Below, piece by piece: positions 11,014-21,518 of a stretch of DNA of 64,000 nucleotides. A program made the position numbers and the translations under genes. The notes below the pieces were generated by a model. That model searched no databases and had not been told where the DNA came from. It saw nothing but the letters and a program-made list of their open reading frames with translations. Source of the DNA: Verrucomicrobiota bacterium (GTDB lineage: Bacteria > Verrucomicrobiota > Verrucomicrobiia > Limisphaerales > Palsa-1400); contig JBEKYR010000002.1 of assembly GCA_049510745.1 (NCBI GenBank), positions 32,001-96,000 on the forward strand. Direction: 5' to 3'. Position 1 is the stretch's first letter. Each line of letters begins with the position of its first letter.

Positions 11014-12478
11014 GTTCGGAGATAGATTTGATCTCTGGCCCGAATTTCGTCTGGACGTAGCTCACCTCGATGGCTTTGAGAACCAATCGAAACAGATCAT
11101 CAAAATTACTCGGCGTTCCCCAACTGGGGTTTTCCTCCAGGCGCAAGCAACTGTACGCCCAAGCGGCGTTCCAAATGTCAGCTATCGCAGCCGGTGCCAT
11201 ATCCGGCCACGTCCCTGTCTCGTTCGGAGGGATTCCCTGCTTTAACCTCAGCACGAGCTCGTGGATGACTCCCAAGTTTTGCTTGAGTTGATACGGAGCT
11301 TGTGATTCCGTCGGAAGGAACGTTAACACTTCCTCTTGAACAGCAGGCCAGTTCTGCTGGATCACCTTGTACGCCTCGAGCGTGCGGATGTCGGCGTTTA
11401 TTTCCAGGACATCGTCATTCTCGGAAGCCAAATCCCGCACTTTCTGTAGAAAGCGAACATATGGGAGAATCAAGGCACGGTATTCTGAATTACCGGCGAA
11501 ACAATCCTCTTCAACCAAATCCTTGGTGACTACTTCTGATATCGTGCGTAACCGCATGCGCCAAGGAGGATAACGACCACAGGCACACGGATTGGCATCG
11601 AGCTTGAATCGAACAGAAAACTCGCCGAGACAAGCAAGAGCCGCCGGCCCCAACAAATGCGCGCCAACAAAGTCGCTGATTAATTCTTTGAAACCGGAAC
11701 GAGTCAATTCCATCGTCTCCTTCATCGTTTCAGAGACGTACTGGTCCCGGTAAATTTTTTTTAACAACTCCTCCTGAGGACTCCTGTTGGCGTTCTCATA
11801 GTTCATCTTGATTCTATGTTGGATGACGTCCTTCGCCTGTGCCCAAAGGCCATCAAACTCAGCAGTCAGCCAGTCAGTAGCAAGAATGTGCCCAACTTCG
11901 TGTCCCCAGTTGACATGCATCAATACGTTCATTCGTTCAACACGCGGAAACGAAATGCAATAGATGCGGCACTTACCGCTTTCACCGACAGCCTGCTCCC
12001 AATCAGAAAGCGGCATCCACTTACCCAAAGAGGCAAAGCAGGCTCTCAAAGTCTCGACGAACGCCCCCTTGATGCTATAGTTATAAGACCATTGCGGCCG
12101 CAAAATAAAGCAGCACTCCTTAGGAGTATGCTGTTTAAGAAATGCCTCGGTTGCCTGGACCATACTCCACGGCGTTTGCTCAATTCGAGAACGTTCGGCA
12201 AAGCGGAGGTGCTCTCCCATGCTCCGTAAGATGGCGTAAATATAAGGGAGTTTCTGTACGGGGGCGGAATCGAGTCTTACGCCTACCAACGCGGCCGTGC
12301 GGCCTATTAGCTGGCAGAAAGTGACAGCAGTTTCCGTAGGGTAATCCTCCGCCTCCTCTAGCCTCGCTGCCAATTGCTCCAAGCTACTGGCGTGGCGAAA
12401 CAACTCTCGTCTGAGGGTCGCACTACGCCAATCCTCGTTTTGGTCGGCGGGTTTACCATCTTTAGAAGTACTGGCCAT
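10985..12478 (-). CDS. Uncharacterised HEXXH zincin-like protein
   Basis: GHEVGH, downstream ELISDFVG and YPPWRMR; lower GC than the host; overlaps the dcd start by 29 nt. Confidence 0.75.
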   Translation of the reverse strand: MASTSKDGKPADQNEDWRSATLRRELFRHASSLEQLAARLEEAEDYPTETAVTFCQLIGRTAALVGVRLDSAPVQKLPYIYAILRSMGEHLRFAERSRIEQTPWSMVQATEAFLKQHTPKECCFILRPQWSYNYSIKGAFVETLRACFASLGKWMPLSDWEQAVGESGKCRIYCISFPRVERMNVLMHVNWGHEVGHILATDWLTAEFDGLWAQAKDVIQHRIKMNYENANRSPQEELLKKIYRDQYVSETMKETMELTRSGFKELISDFVGAHLLGPAALACLGEFSVRFKLDANPCACGRYPPWRMRLRTISEVVTKDLVEEDCFAGNSEYRALILPYVRFLQKVRDLASENDDVLEINADIRTLEAYKVIQQNWPAVQEEVLTFLPTESQAPYQLKQNLGVIHELVLRLKQGIPPNETGTWPDMAPAAIADIWNAAWAYSCLRLEENPSWGTPSNFDDLFRLVLKAIEVSYVQTKFGPEIKSISEHEHTQQREN

Positions 12479-12507
12479 TTGCCAAAGAAAGAGAACGCTC
12501 GCTCCGA

Positions 12508-12996
12508 CTAGGTTGAGTTCGCCACGAAAAGTTCATTATCTCTCGGTAAGCCGTTATCCGTGAGCTGCATCAGAAGACGTTGAGATAGCTCCGATAAGAG
12601 TGCGGATGCAAGTTGCAGCTTATCCGAGGGTAAAACACCCTTGCCTTTTGATCCGCCCCTAATCAAGAACTGGTATAATCTGCGGAGGAATTCCACGACC
12701 TCGTTTTCCCGCTCTAGACCTGCCTCACGCATCCGTCGCTCGATGCCAATTAATGCCGCATAAAAAGTGGGCCGCACCTCCGTCGCCTGAACCGCCAAGT
12801 TGCCAATACTTCCAGCACCATTAGAACTACCGGCAGTCCAATCTACCTGATTCAAGAATCCCCCAGCCCATACAAGAAGCTCGCGGTCGGTCGAAGTCGT
12901 CGGCTGTCCTTTGCTTAGTTTGCTTAACACGGTAGCGGCAGAGTCAAGTCTGCTGCTCACTTCAAAAAGACGAGATGATTCAATTAAATCTGCCAT
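12508..12996 (-). CDS. Hypothetical helical protein, first gene of the dcd operon
   Basis: ORF in a lower-GC island, GAAGGAG RBS before ATG 12996, 29 nt gap to the next gene. Confidence 0.75.
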   Translation of the reverse strand: MADLIESSRLFEVSSRLDSAATVLSKLSKGQPTTSTDRELLVWAGGFLNQVDWTAGSSNGAGSIGNLAVQATEVRPTFYAALIGIERRMREAGLERENEVVEFLRRLYQFLIRGGSKGKGVLPSDKLQLASALLSELSQRLLMQLTDNGLPRDNELFVANST

Positions 12997-13742
12997 AGTC
13001 GCTCCTTCCACGCTCAGATATTAACCTCATTTCTCTAGTCCGTCACTTCTAATGCACCCGACATACTTTGCCATAGCCGGTGCCCGTTCATCACCAGATG
13101 CGGCTTCCGTGCTCATGCTTGGGCGGATTTAAGCATTGATTTCGTGAGAAATCGGACTTCAGGGCCACAATACATAGTGTTAATCTAATGTCAAGCCCCA
13201 ATTTGTGGGGTTTTTGCTCTATTGCAGCAAATGCTGCCAGATGCGAGGAGGGCTTGTCAAGCCGCCGCTACAACACGCAATGGCACAACCTTCGCCGCCG
13301 CCCTATTCTGCCGAGTCGCTTTTGCCGCTTTCACGGCCTCCGGTGTGACGCCGAACCGCTTTTCCGATTCGATTTGGCTGGTCGAGTTCGGGTCAAACTG
13401 TGCTGCGCTGGCCGCCATATCACCCCATTCGACCCGCCTTGTCGCTGCTGGGTACCTGAGGAAGACGCTCTGCTGGGCTCGATGCTGGACGAGGTGTCAG
13501 CCAGACCAGAATGGCGCTCAGATAAGGGATAAAGCTCGCCAAATCGTTTATCGATAGGATCTTATGATGGGCGTGAAGCTCGATCAACAAAACTGTGAAT
13601 ATCGCCGCAGAACAATCTCCGCCGACGCCGCCGGCGAGTGCGACCAGAACGGCCGCACTCCCCAAAAAAGTCGCCAAGGATTCGGGTTTTTCGCGCAAGG
13701 GAAGGTTTGACTTGGCGGGTCGGTAAACTTAGAGTGAAATGC

Positions 13743-14786
13743 ATGTTGGCTGCTGAAACCAGTCGGGTTGCCGTCCCCATCAGTTCACCGCCGCCGCAAA
13801 CCTCGGGCTGGAAAGAGATTGCGGAAGCGGTGGAACCGTTTCTGCAAAGCGTGGCCCGGCGTCTGGAGGCGCAAACGGCGGAGTTCGAGCCGCAAATCGC
13901 CGATTTCGCCCGGTATGCCCTGACCGCCCAGGGCAAGCAGCTTCGCCCCATCCTGGTCTCGCTTTGCGGCGAGGCGGTCGGGAGGCTCAATGAATCGCAT
14001 CTGACGGTGGCGGTGATCATTGAAATGATCCACCTGGCGACGCTGGTGCATGACGACGTGATCGACGAGGGGCAGTTGCGGCGGGGCCGGCTGACGCTGG
14101 CGGCCAATTGGGGCAATGAGATTTCCGTGCTGCTGGGCGACTGCCTGTTCGCGCACGCGCTCAAACTGTCGGCCAGCTTCCCCACGCCCGAGATTTGCCG
14201 GGCGGTGTCGGCGGCGACCAACACGGTTTGCGCCGGGGAGATACTGCAAAGCCGTTCGCGGGGGGATTTTGGCGTGACGCGCGGGCAGTATTTCAAGATG
14301 CTGGCGATGAAGACGGGGGAATTGTTCGCGTTGTCCTGCGATCTGGGGGCGCACTTGAGCGAGGCGACATCCGCGCGGCGCCAGGCCCTCCGGCAATACG
14401 GGCTGGCTCTGGGCACGGCTTACCAACTTTACGATGACTGCCTGGATGTGCTCGGCTCGGAGGCCGCCGCCGGCAAAACACTCGGCGCGGACCTGGCCAA
14501 GGGGAAAATGACGCTGCCCATCCTGGTGGTGCGCGACCGCGCCAGCGCGGAGGACCAGTTGCGGTTGCGCCTTTGGCTGGCCAACTGGGAACCGGGCTTC
14601 CTGGCGGGTGTGGTGGAATTGATCGTCAAGTACGACGCTTTTACCGAGTCGCGGGCCATCCTGCAGCAATACCTTGTGGCGGCCCGGCAGGCGTTGACGA
14701 CGTTGCCGCCGTCGGAGGGCCGGGCGGGGCTGATGGGCTTGACACACTTTCTTGCGGAACAAACCGAGGCCCTGGGGGTTTACTAG
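13743..14786 (+). CDS. Polyprenyl diphosphate synthase (IspB/HepT family)
   Basis: GKQLRP, HLATLVHDDVID..LRRG, KTG and YQLYDDCLD motifs. Confidence 0.93.
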   Translation: MLAAETSRVAVPISSPPPQTSGWKEIAEAVEPFLQSVARRLEAQTAEFEPQIADFARYALTAQGKQLRPILVSLCGEAVGRLNESHLTVAVIIEMIHLATLVHDDVIDEGQLRRGRLTLAANWGNEISVLLGDCLFAHALKLSASFPTPEICRAVSAATNTVCAGEILQSRSRGDFGVTRGQYFKMLAMKTGELFALSCDLGAHLSEATSARRQALRQYGLALGTAYQLYDDCLDVLGSEAAAGKTLGADLAKGKMTLPILVVRDRASAEDQLRLRLWLANWEPGFLAGVVELIVKYDAFTESRAILQQYLVAARQALTTLPPSEGRAGLMGLTHFLAEQTEALGVY

Positions 14787-14813
14787 AGACTGGGTCGATT
14801 TAAAGGCACTTCA

Positions 14814-15461
14814 TTGCATGCGAAAGCGCCATTGGCAAAAGCTGTGACACTGCCGCCGGAGCCGGAGCCGGAAGCCGGTTCCGAAGGCGACGAGGTCGGC
14901 GACCTTGCGTTGGTGCGCCGCGCCCAAGAGCAGGACGTGGGCGCGTACGACGAATTGGTGCGGCGCTACCAGGAGCGCCTTTACGCCACGGTCTATCACA
15001 TGACCTCCAATCACGAGGACGCCAACGACCTGGTGCAGGAAACGTTTATCAAGGCATACCGGGCGTTGAAATCGTTCAAGGGCGATTCGAGCTTTTACAC
15101 GTGGATTTACCGGATCGCGGTCAACAAGACCATCAACTTCCTCAAGCAGCGCAAGAACCGCATCCACATGAGCCTGAACGACGTGGATTTCAACGCGGAA
15201 AACGATCCGGATCTGGTCGCGCTGGTGTCGGAGCGGACGCCGCGAAGGGACTTGAATTTGAGCGAATTGCAGGAGAAATTGAACGGCGCGATGCAGAAAC
15301 TGTCAGAACATCACAGAATGGTTGTGACGTTGCACGACATCCAGGGGTTGTCCCATGAGGAAATCGGGACGATCATGGACTGCAACGTGGGCACCGTTCG
15401 CTCGCGGCTGTTTTACGCCCGGCAGCAATTACAGGCCTATCTCTGCGATTATTTGAAGTAG
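14814..15461 (+). CDS. ECF RNA polymerase sigma factor (RpoE-like)
   Basis: DLVQETFIKAY, FYTWIYRIAVN and GTVRSRLFYAR motifs. Confidence 0.93.
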   Translation: MHAKAPLAKAVTLPPEPEPEAGSEGDEVGDLALVRRAQEQDVGAYDELVRRYQERLYATVYHMTSNHEDANDLVQETFIKAYRALKSFKGDSSFYTWIYRIAVNKTINFLKQRKNRIHMSLNDVDFNAENDPDLVALVSERTPRRDLNLSELQEKLNGAMQKLSEHHRMVVTLHDIQGLSHEEIGTIMDCNVGTVRSRLFYARQQLQAYLCDYLK

Positions 15462-15483
15462 CGCGAAAAGTTCGATTGGCAGC

Positions 15484-15951
15484 ATGAATACCAACCCGGA
15501 GAGTTTTGAGGCAGTGCGCAAACTCATGGCGGTCAAGCGCCACGAAGCGCCGCCGCCCGGTTATTTCAACACGTTATCGGGAAAGATCGTGTCGCGCATT
15601 GAGCGCGGGGAAGGGCAACTGAATTTTTGGGAACGGCTCTCGACCAGCTTCACATTGCGGCCGGCGTTTGCCTACGCCTTTGCCGTGGCCGCGTTTGGCG
15701 CGTTCACGGCCAGCGTGTTTTATTCCGGCAAAGCCTCGATCCAGGAGCCGCTGGCCCAGGAAGGGCCGGCGACGGCCTGGGCGACGGCCGCCCCGCACGC
15801 GGCGTTTGCGAGCCAGATGGAATCGACCCCGCCGCTGCACGTGCCCAATTGGCTGGGCAACACCAATCCCGGCGCGCCGCCGCAAAGCCTGCCGTCCTTA
15901 TTCGCCCCGCAGGGCCGCGCCGTCCCGGTGTCCTACCAGACGGGGAACTGA
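15484..15951 (+). CDS. Putative anti-sigma factor (single TM)
   Basis: Directly downstream of the ECF sigma; PPPGYF motif; one TM segment. Confidence 0.6.
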   Translation: MNTNPESFEAVRKLMAVKRHEAPPPGYFNTLSGKIVSRIERGEGQLNFWERLSTSFTLRPAFAYAFAVAAFGAFTASVFYSGKASIQEPLAQEGPATAWATAAPHAAFASQMESTPPLHVPNWLGNTNPGAPPQSLPSLFAPQGRAVPVSYQTGN

Positions 15952-16027
15952 TATTCCTGAATTTTGAGCGAGCGCCAACTGCTGAACCGCAGTCTGAGTG
16001 CGCTGCAACTTCAGCGATTTTAAACTG

Positions 16028-18028
16028 TTAAATTTGCGAGCCGGGCGGCGCAGATTTTGGCAGCAGCCTTGAAATGATGGCGAGCAGCACCACCACGACC
16101 AACGCCAAAACTGCCCAAAACAGCACACCGCCTTTGCCCGGTACCTGGTTCTCGCGCCACGAAGATTTTTGGAGTTGTTCTTCCGCACCGAGCGTGGCCG
16201 CCGTTTTGTCCGTCGCCAGCAATTCATTTGCGACCAGACTCAGATCGTAACGCGGCGCGGCCGCGCGCGCATTGCCATAATAGAGAAATGGCTCGTCGTT
16301 CAGCCCGGCTTTGAACAGCAGGCGCGTGGCCAAATAGAAGAGCCGGAAATTTTCCAGTTCGACGGGCGGGTTGTCGCCGTTTTCGGTTTCCAAGAATAAT
16401 GTGTCGCTCCGCGGCGGGTTGTCGAGCGTCAAGATGAACTCCCTGCCTGCCCGGCCCGGAGTTTGAATCCACGACGCCTGGCCCAAGGTGCGCCGGTAGG
16501 GCGCGCCGCGCTCATCGGCCAGCTCTTCCTCAAGGGTCATCTCGCGCCGGAACAGCGGCGTTCGCGCGGCGCAGACCAGACGCAGGACGGGCAGCGCCGG
16601 ACGCGGGAGTTTGATCCTCCATCGGCTGAGTCTCGGATTTTTGGAATCGCCGGCCGCCGCGATCACCGGGGTCAGCGCGCGGCTGATGGACGTGCGCTCA
16701 ATAATGTAGGAAACCTGCCGGCCGCCGCGCAGCAGGCGCAAGTCCTGAAAATCCCGCTGGGCGCGGGAAAGCACGTCGGGGTCGAGTTCGAGCTGCTGCG
16801 CGCCGGCGCGCGTGAGGTTGACCGTTTTGCGGAATTTCCACGCCGACACGTCGAGCGCGACTCCGGTCGCCTGGACATCGGGCAAAACTTCGGGCGGACG
16901 ATAGCTTGGATTGTCCGCCAACGGGGAAAGTTCGATAAGCGAGGGCGCAATGCTTTTCAGATTCGCGCCGAGGGCGGCAAGGTCGAAGTGCGGCGTGGCG
17001 CACTGAGAATTGCCCGTCAGCAAATGGTGCGCGCCGGCCTGCCGCGCCAGAAACACAAGATAGACCGGTCGCCGCTCGCCGCCCACGGCGGTGATGGGCA
17101 GCGGCGGGCTGTCGTGGTTGCGAATGAGCAGCAGCAATTCGCGCGAACGAACCTGGCTTTCCACCGGCACGAAAAGCTGAGCGGCAGCCGGCTGGCCTTC
17201 AACGGCCACCCGATAAATGACGCCGCCGGCCAAAGTTTGTTCGCGAATCGAATCCTCGGAAATTTGCGGCGCGGTCACCGTAACTTCGCGCGTGAACAAC
17301 GGTTCAGGCGTTTCGAGATGGAGCGTCGCCAGATTTAAATTCGCCGCGCCGAGATTGAGCGTCAGGCGGGTTTCTCCGGGGCTTTCCTGTCGGTCGGTGA
17401 TGGTCACGGGCAGAGATTCGCCCGGCACAGGCTGGCTGGCGGCCGCGTGGACGCGCGCGCCCGTGAACGGAATCGGCTCGGATCGCTGGTCGTCCACAGT
17501 CAGCCGCAGCCAGGGCAAGGTTCCCGCCCGAATGTCAAGATGAAGCTGGCTGGCGCCGTTCGGCTGGCGGAAGATCGGTTTTCCCCGCGCCAGGATTTCC
17601 CAGCGGTTTCCGTCGGCGGAAGTTTCGATTTGAACGGACTTGATGAAGCTGGTTGCCGGACTTTCCAGCGTGACGCCGTCGAGCGGTTGCGCCTGTCCGG
17701 TTTCAAGCGTGAGAACGGTCGCGCGGGCGTTGAGGGAAACCTGAAATGACTTCGGGTTCTGCGCAATTTTTGGCGCCGCGGTTGGCCGTTCAATCAAGTA
17801 AGGCATCTCCTTGCCGGCGTCGTCGTAAAGGCGCAAATCTTCCAGCGCGGGCCGCGCGGCATTGAGCGTCGCGACGGGCAGACTCAATTTGATCAGGCCG
17901 GGGGCCGGCGCGTCGAACTGTTGCTCGTGTTGCCAGTCGCTTGGCAAAGCGGCCGCGCCGGCAGCCGCGCCGCACACCAGCGCGAGAACGGAAAACACCA
18001 TGGCCGCGCGACTATTGGCCAGGTTCAT
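16028..18028 (-). CDS. DUF3999-like exported protein with C-terminal TM anchor
   Basis: Signal peptide, two DLRL..G..PY repeats, NxD.PP, YYGN...PRYDL and C-terminal TM; coupled to the DUF2339 gene. Confidence 0.75.
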   Translation of the reverse strand: MNLANSRAAMVFSVLALVCGAAAGAAALPSDWQHEQQFDAPAPGLIKLSLPVATLNAARPALEDLRLYDDAGKEMPYLIERPTAAPKIAQNPKSFQVSLNARATVLTLETGQAQPLDGVTLESPATSFIKSVQIETSADGNRWEILARGKPIFRQPNGASQLHLDIRAGTLPWLRLTVDDQRSEPIPFTGARVHAAASQPVPGESLPVTITDRQESPGETRLTLNLGAANLNLATLHLETPEPLFTREVTVTAPQISEDSIREQTLAGGVIYRVAVEGQPAAAQLFVPVESQVRSRELLLLIRNHDSPPLPITAVGGERRPVYLVFLARQAGAHHLLTGNSQCATPHFDLAALGANLKSIAPSLIELSPLADNPSYRPPEVLPDVQATGVALDVSAWKFRKTVNLTRAGAQQLELDPDVLSRAQRDFQDLRLLRGGRQVSYIIERTSISRALTPVIAAAGDSKNPRLSRWRIKLPRPALPVLRLVCAARTPLFRREMTLEEELADERGAPYRRTLGQASWIQTPGRAGREFILTLDNPPRSDTLFLETENGDNPPVELENFRLFYLATRLLFKAGLNDEPFLYYGNARAAAPRYDLSLVANELLATDKTAATLGAEEQLQKSSWRENQVPGKGGVLFWAVLALVVVVLLAIISRLLPKSAPPGSQI

Positions 18029-21000
18029 TTTTGGGTTCCTCGTTCTGCGCGGCCGCGGTGAAGAAGCGTTGATAGGCGAACGACGCGAGCATGGCAATGA
18101 TCGCCACGCCGATGAACGCGCCGATGCGATAGAGCTGGCCGAGCCGGGCAAGGTCGTGGAAGAAAAGTTTGAGCAGTGTCACGCTCAACAAGCCGAGCGC
18201 GGCGTAACGCGGCGCGGGTATTTTTTTCCGGATGCCGATGACCAGCAGCGCCAGGGCGAACAACGCCCACGCAATGGAATAAGTCATGTCGCGCGCAAAA
18301 CTTCCGCTGAATTCAAAGGTGAGCGTCGAACCGGGCGCGCTGAAAAAATCGGCAATTTCGATGTTCAGCAACAGGAAAGCCAGCACGGTTCCGAGCGCGG
18401 CCAGCATCGGCGGCGCGCTGAAACCGGACACCAAATGGCGCGGCGGCGCCAGCAGCCGGGCGCCGGCGAACAAACAGACCGTCACGATGCCGTAAGCGTA
18501 GAGGTACCAGTTCAAAACCGGCGTGGCGGAGCGCGGATGATAGGCCAGCACGGCGGGATTTAACGCCAGCCGAATGAACGCGGCCATGAGCAAGCCGACG
18601 CCGGTCAGGCGCAGACCCGGATGCGGCACGCGATGAAACAGCCAGAGCAACGCCGCGCCTTCCAGCGCCCAGCCGATGGTAATCCATTGGCGATCGAATT
18701 GGATCGGGAAAATGAGCGTGATGAAAAACAGCGCCACGCCGCCGAACCAGGCGACCTGAGTCAGGCGGGCGGCGCTGGTCGCGGGAATTTTCTTCAGAAC
18801 CATCACCAAACTCAACAGACTTGGAATCACAAACGCCGCGGGGAGCAAACCCATCACCTGATTTGGATAGGCGCGGGCCACCAGGCGATGGATCAGGAAA
18901 AATTGCGGCGGGCCGGACAGAGCGGCGGCGGCCCAGGGAACTACTTTGCCGCTGAACTGCCGCAGGAACAAAAATGGAAAGAGCGCAAATGCGCCAAAAA
19001 AAACGAGATACCAGGTCAGCGGTTGCGGGGCGCGGGCCGGATCGAATTCCTTGAAATGCCAGGCGCATTCCAGCGCGGTCACGCACGCCAGGCCGAGGGC
19101 CGGCATCCATTCGAGCGAAAATAATTTTGTCACGCCGAGCAACAGCACGACCAGCAACAGGGCCAGGCCGAAGACCGGCGACGGATTCACCAGCGGCAGC
19201 CGCAGCGTTGCCATGATGAGCAGCAAAAACGGCAGCACGATGGAACAGGCGGGCAGAATCGCGGCCAAATCTCCCGGCGCGGCCAGATCGTTGCTGAATT
19301 GGAATCCGCTCTTCAGCGCCTCGGGTTGGAATTTCCTCACCAGCCAGATGCCGGCGGCGACGAAGAAAACCGCGAAGGCGCCGAGCAGAAAAAATGGAAG
19401 GGGCAGACCGGTCAGGTCGGACGGGATTTTGAAAATGAGCGCGCCGGTGGCGGCGAGGGTGAGCAGCAACACCGCCAGAACCGGCAGCAACGTGGCCGTG
19501 AGCACAGCGAGCGCGATGGCGAGCAAATCAACGAGCAAAATGAACGGCCAGACGAGAAAGGAAACTTCCGCGAGTTTGAAAACCGGCACGAGCACCAGCG
19601 CGAGCGTGAGAATGGGGAAGAGGTGGTTTGCCCAATTTTGAGCGGCCGCGCCGGGCCGGCGCTGGAGCAGCGCAGGCAAAGCGGAATGGAGAACGGCAAA
19701 GATGAAATAAAACGCCAGCGCGGCGTTGAGCAGTTCGTTTGACAAAGAATTCGCCGTCCACAACGCGAGCAGGCCGAAGACGGCGAAGCCGGAAACAGAT
19801 TGGGCGGGAGAAACATTCTCATCGGCCAGCGTGAGCGCGACGACCATGAGATCAATCAGGAAAACAAAACCGAACATCAGCCACGGCCGTTGCGCGAGCG
19901 GCTCAAAGCCAAGAAACCATGCCGTGAAGGCGTAAGCCACGGCGACCAGGCCCAGCACGGAGCCGGAAAACCACCGGCTGCTTTGCCCGCGGCGCTTCGC
20001 CCACCAGGCGGCCAGAAGATAGAGCGCGTTGAAGCCCAGCAGCACGGCGAGAGCGATCAGGATTTTGTTTCCGTCAAAATATTTTTCGCTGACGAAGAAT
20101 TTTTCCGCCCAGCCGATTTGCATCAAAGCAGTGCCGGCGGCGGCCAGCGCGGTGAGGAAAAACCAGCGGCGATGCAGCGCGACGACGATCAGGCCGGCGT
20201 CGAGAAGGGCGATGTAGCCGAACAAGCCGCCCGGATTGTCCACGCCGGTCGAGAGCAAGATGGGCGTGAGAAAACCGCCGAGCATGCCGAGAATGGCAAC
20301 GACAAGCGCGTTGAGTCGGACCGCGAGCAGGAAAGCGGTCGTGGTGATGAGCGCCATCAGCAGAAACGTCGGGAGCGCTCCAAAAAACTCAAAGTGATAA
20401 ATCGAACGGCAGGCGAACGTCACCGCGTAGAGAATCACGACGCCCGTCGCGCACAAGGTCTGCGAAAGCGCGGGATAATTCCTCCGCGACATCACCAGGC
20501 CGCCCACGAGCAGGCCCAGGCCGGTGACGAACCCAATGGCCACGCGCAGTTCCGGCGGGACGAGATTGTTGTCGAACGAGTATTTGACAAAGAACGCAAC
20601 GCCGAGGAACAGCGCCAGCCCGCCCAACCACGCAAACAGCTTCACGCCCATGAATTGTTCCCAGTTGATGGCGGGCGCCGTTTTGCCCGGCAGCCGCGGA
20701 GACTCCGGCGCTGTTTCCAGCGGAACAACGATGGGGGCGGGGCGCGGTAGAGAAGTTGGCGGCGTGGCGAGGGGAATTTTTTCGAGGGGCGGCGCGGGCG
20801 GGGGCTTGGCGGATATTGCGGGCGCGCGCTCCGGTTGCTTTTGCAGCGCAATGTTCAACACCTCCGCTGTCGTCGGCTCCGGAGGCGGCGCCGGTCCGGG
20901 CTCTTTTTTGAATCGGCGCAGTTCTGCCTCCAGGTAACCGAGCCGGTGGGAAAGCTCGTCAAAGCGGCGCTCGGCATTAAATGCGCGGACAATGAGCCAG

Positions 21001-21059
21001 ATGAATAGAAAAACTGGAACTCCGAGAACGAGGATGACGATGATAGGTATCCATTCCAT
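18012..21059 (-). CDS. DUF2339 multi-pass membrane protein
   Basis: WEQFMGVKLFAWLGGLALFLGVAFFVKYSF and KLFFHDL...YRIGAFIGV motifs; many TMs. Confidence 0.88.
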   Translation of the reverse strand: MEWIPIIVILVLGVPVFLFIWLIVRAFNAERRFDELSHRLGYLEAELRRFKKEPGPAPPPEPTTAEVLNIALQKQPERAPAISAKPPPAPPLEKIPLATPPTSLPRPAPIVVPLETAPESPRLPGKTAPAINWEQFMGVKLFAWLGGLALFLGVAFFVKYSFDNNLVPPELRVAIGFVTGLGLLVGGLVMSRRNYPALSQTLCATGVVILYAVTFACRSIYHFEFFGALPTFLLMALITTTAFLLAVRLNALVVAILGMLGGFLTPILLSTGVDNPGGLFGYIALLDAGLIVVALHRRWFFLTALAAAGTALMQIGWAEKFFVSEKYFDGNKILIALAVLLGFNALYLLAAWWAKRRGQSSRWFSGSVLGLVAVAYAFTAWFLGFEPLAQRPWLMFGFVFLIDLMVVALTLADENVSPAQSVSGFAVFGLLALWTANSLSNELLNAALAFYFIFAVLHSALPALLQRRPGAAAQNWANHLFPILTLALVLVPVFKLAEVSFLVWPFILLVDLLAIALAVLTATLLPVLAVLLLTLAATGALIFKIPSDLTGLPLPFFLLGAFAVFFVAAGIWLVRKFQPEALKSGFQFSNDLAAPGDLAAILPACSIVLPFLLLIMATLRLPLVNPSPVFGLALLLVVLLLGVTKLFSLEWMPALGLACVTALECAWHFKEFDPARAPQPLTWYLVFFGAFALFPFLFLRQFSGKVVPWAAAALSGPPQFFLIHRLVARAYPNQVMGLLPAAFVIPSLLSLVMVLKKIPATSAARLTQVAWFGGVALFFITLIFPIQFDRQWITIGWALEGAALLWLFHRVPHPGLRLTGVGLLMAAFIRLALNPAVLAYHPRSATPVLNWYLYAYGIVTVCLFAGARLLAPPRHLVSGFSAPPMLAALGTVLAFLLLNIEIADFFSAPGSTLTFEFSGSFARDMTYSIAWALFALALLVIGIRKKIPAPRYAALGLLSVTLLKLFFHDLARLGQLYRIGAFIGVAIIAMLASFAYQRFFTAAAQNEEPKNEPGQ

Positions 21060-21518
21060 AACGTTCTTTGGCGCGGACACTGCGACTTCGCCAAGGAGCG
21101 CAGTCTGCATCGCTCCCGGCGCTCTGGCAAGAAGAACTTTGCCCGGACCGGCCTCAACTCCGCTGTTGGCTTAAGCGTGCGTTCGGTTTATCTTCCGCAG
21201 CGCCATGACACCGACATCGCCACAGTTTTGGAAGTGCCATAAAAGTTGGCGGGAGCGATTCGTAGCGCGGGACCGTGCTTTGCAGGGACTCCACATTGAT
21301 GAAATCACTGGCGGTGCGATATGTTGTGGTGATGTAACCTACTTTAACGACGTTAAAGTGAATCGTTGCACTTGGCTGTAATTCATGTTTTACTAGCTAT
21401 GACGGTAACGATAACGATGTCATAAAAGTGGTTATTATTGCATGTTTTATGGACTTTATCGATGTTTTTGTGCGGTTTTTGCAATAGTCTATTCGGCTGG
21501 ACGTTAACGATAACGTGA

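Noticed and set aside
13020..13700. Short ORFs at the upstream edge of the dcd island
   Set aside because: Overlapping on both strands, with no RBS or motif support; could be a decayed gene but cannot be called.
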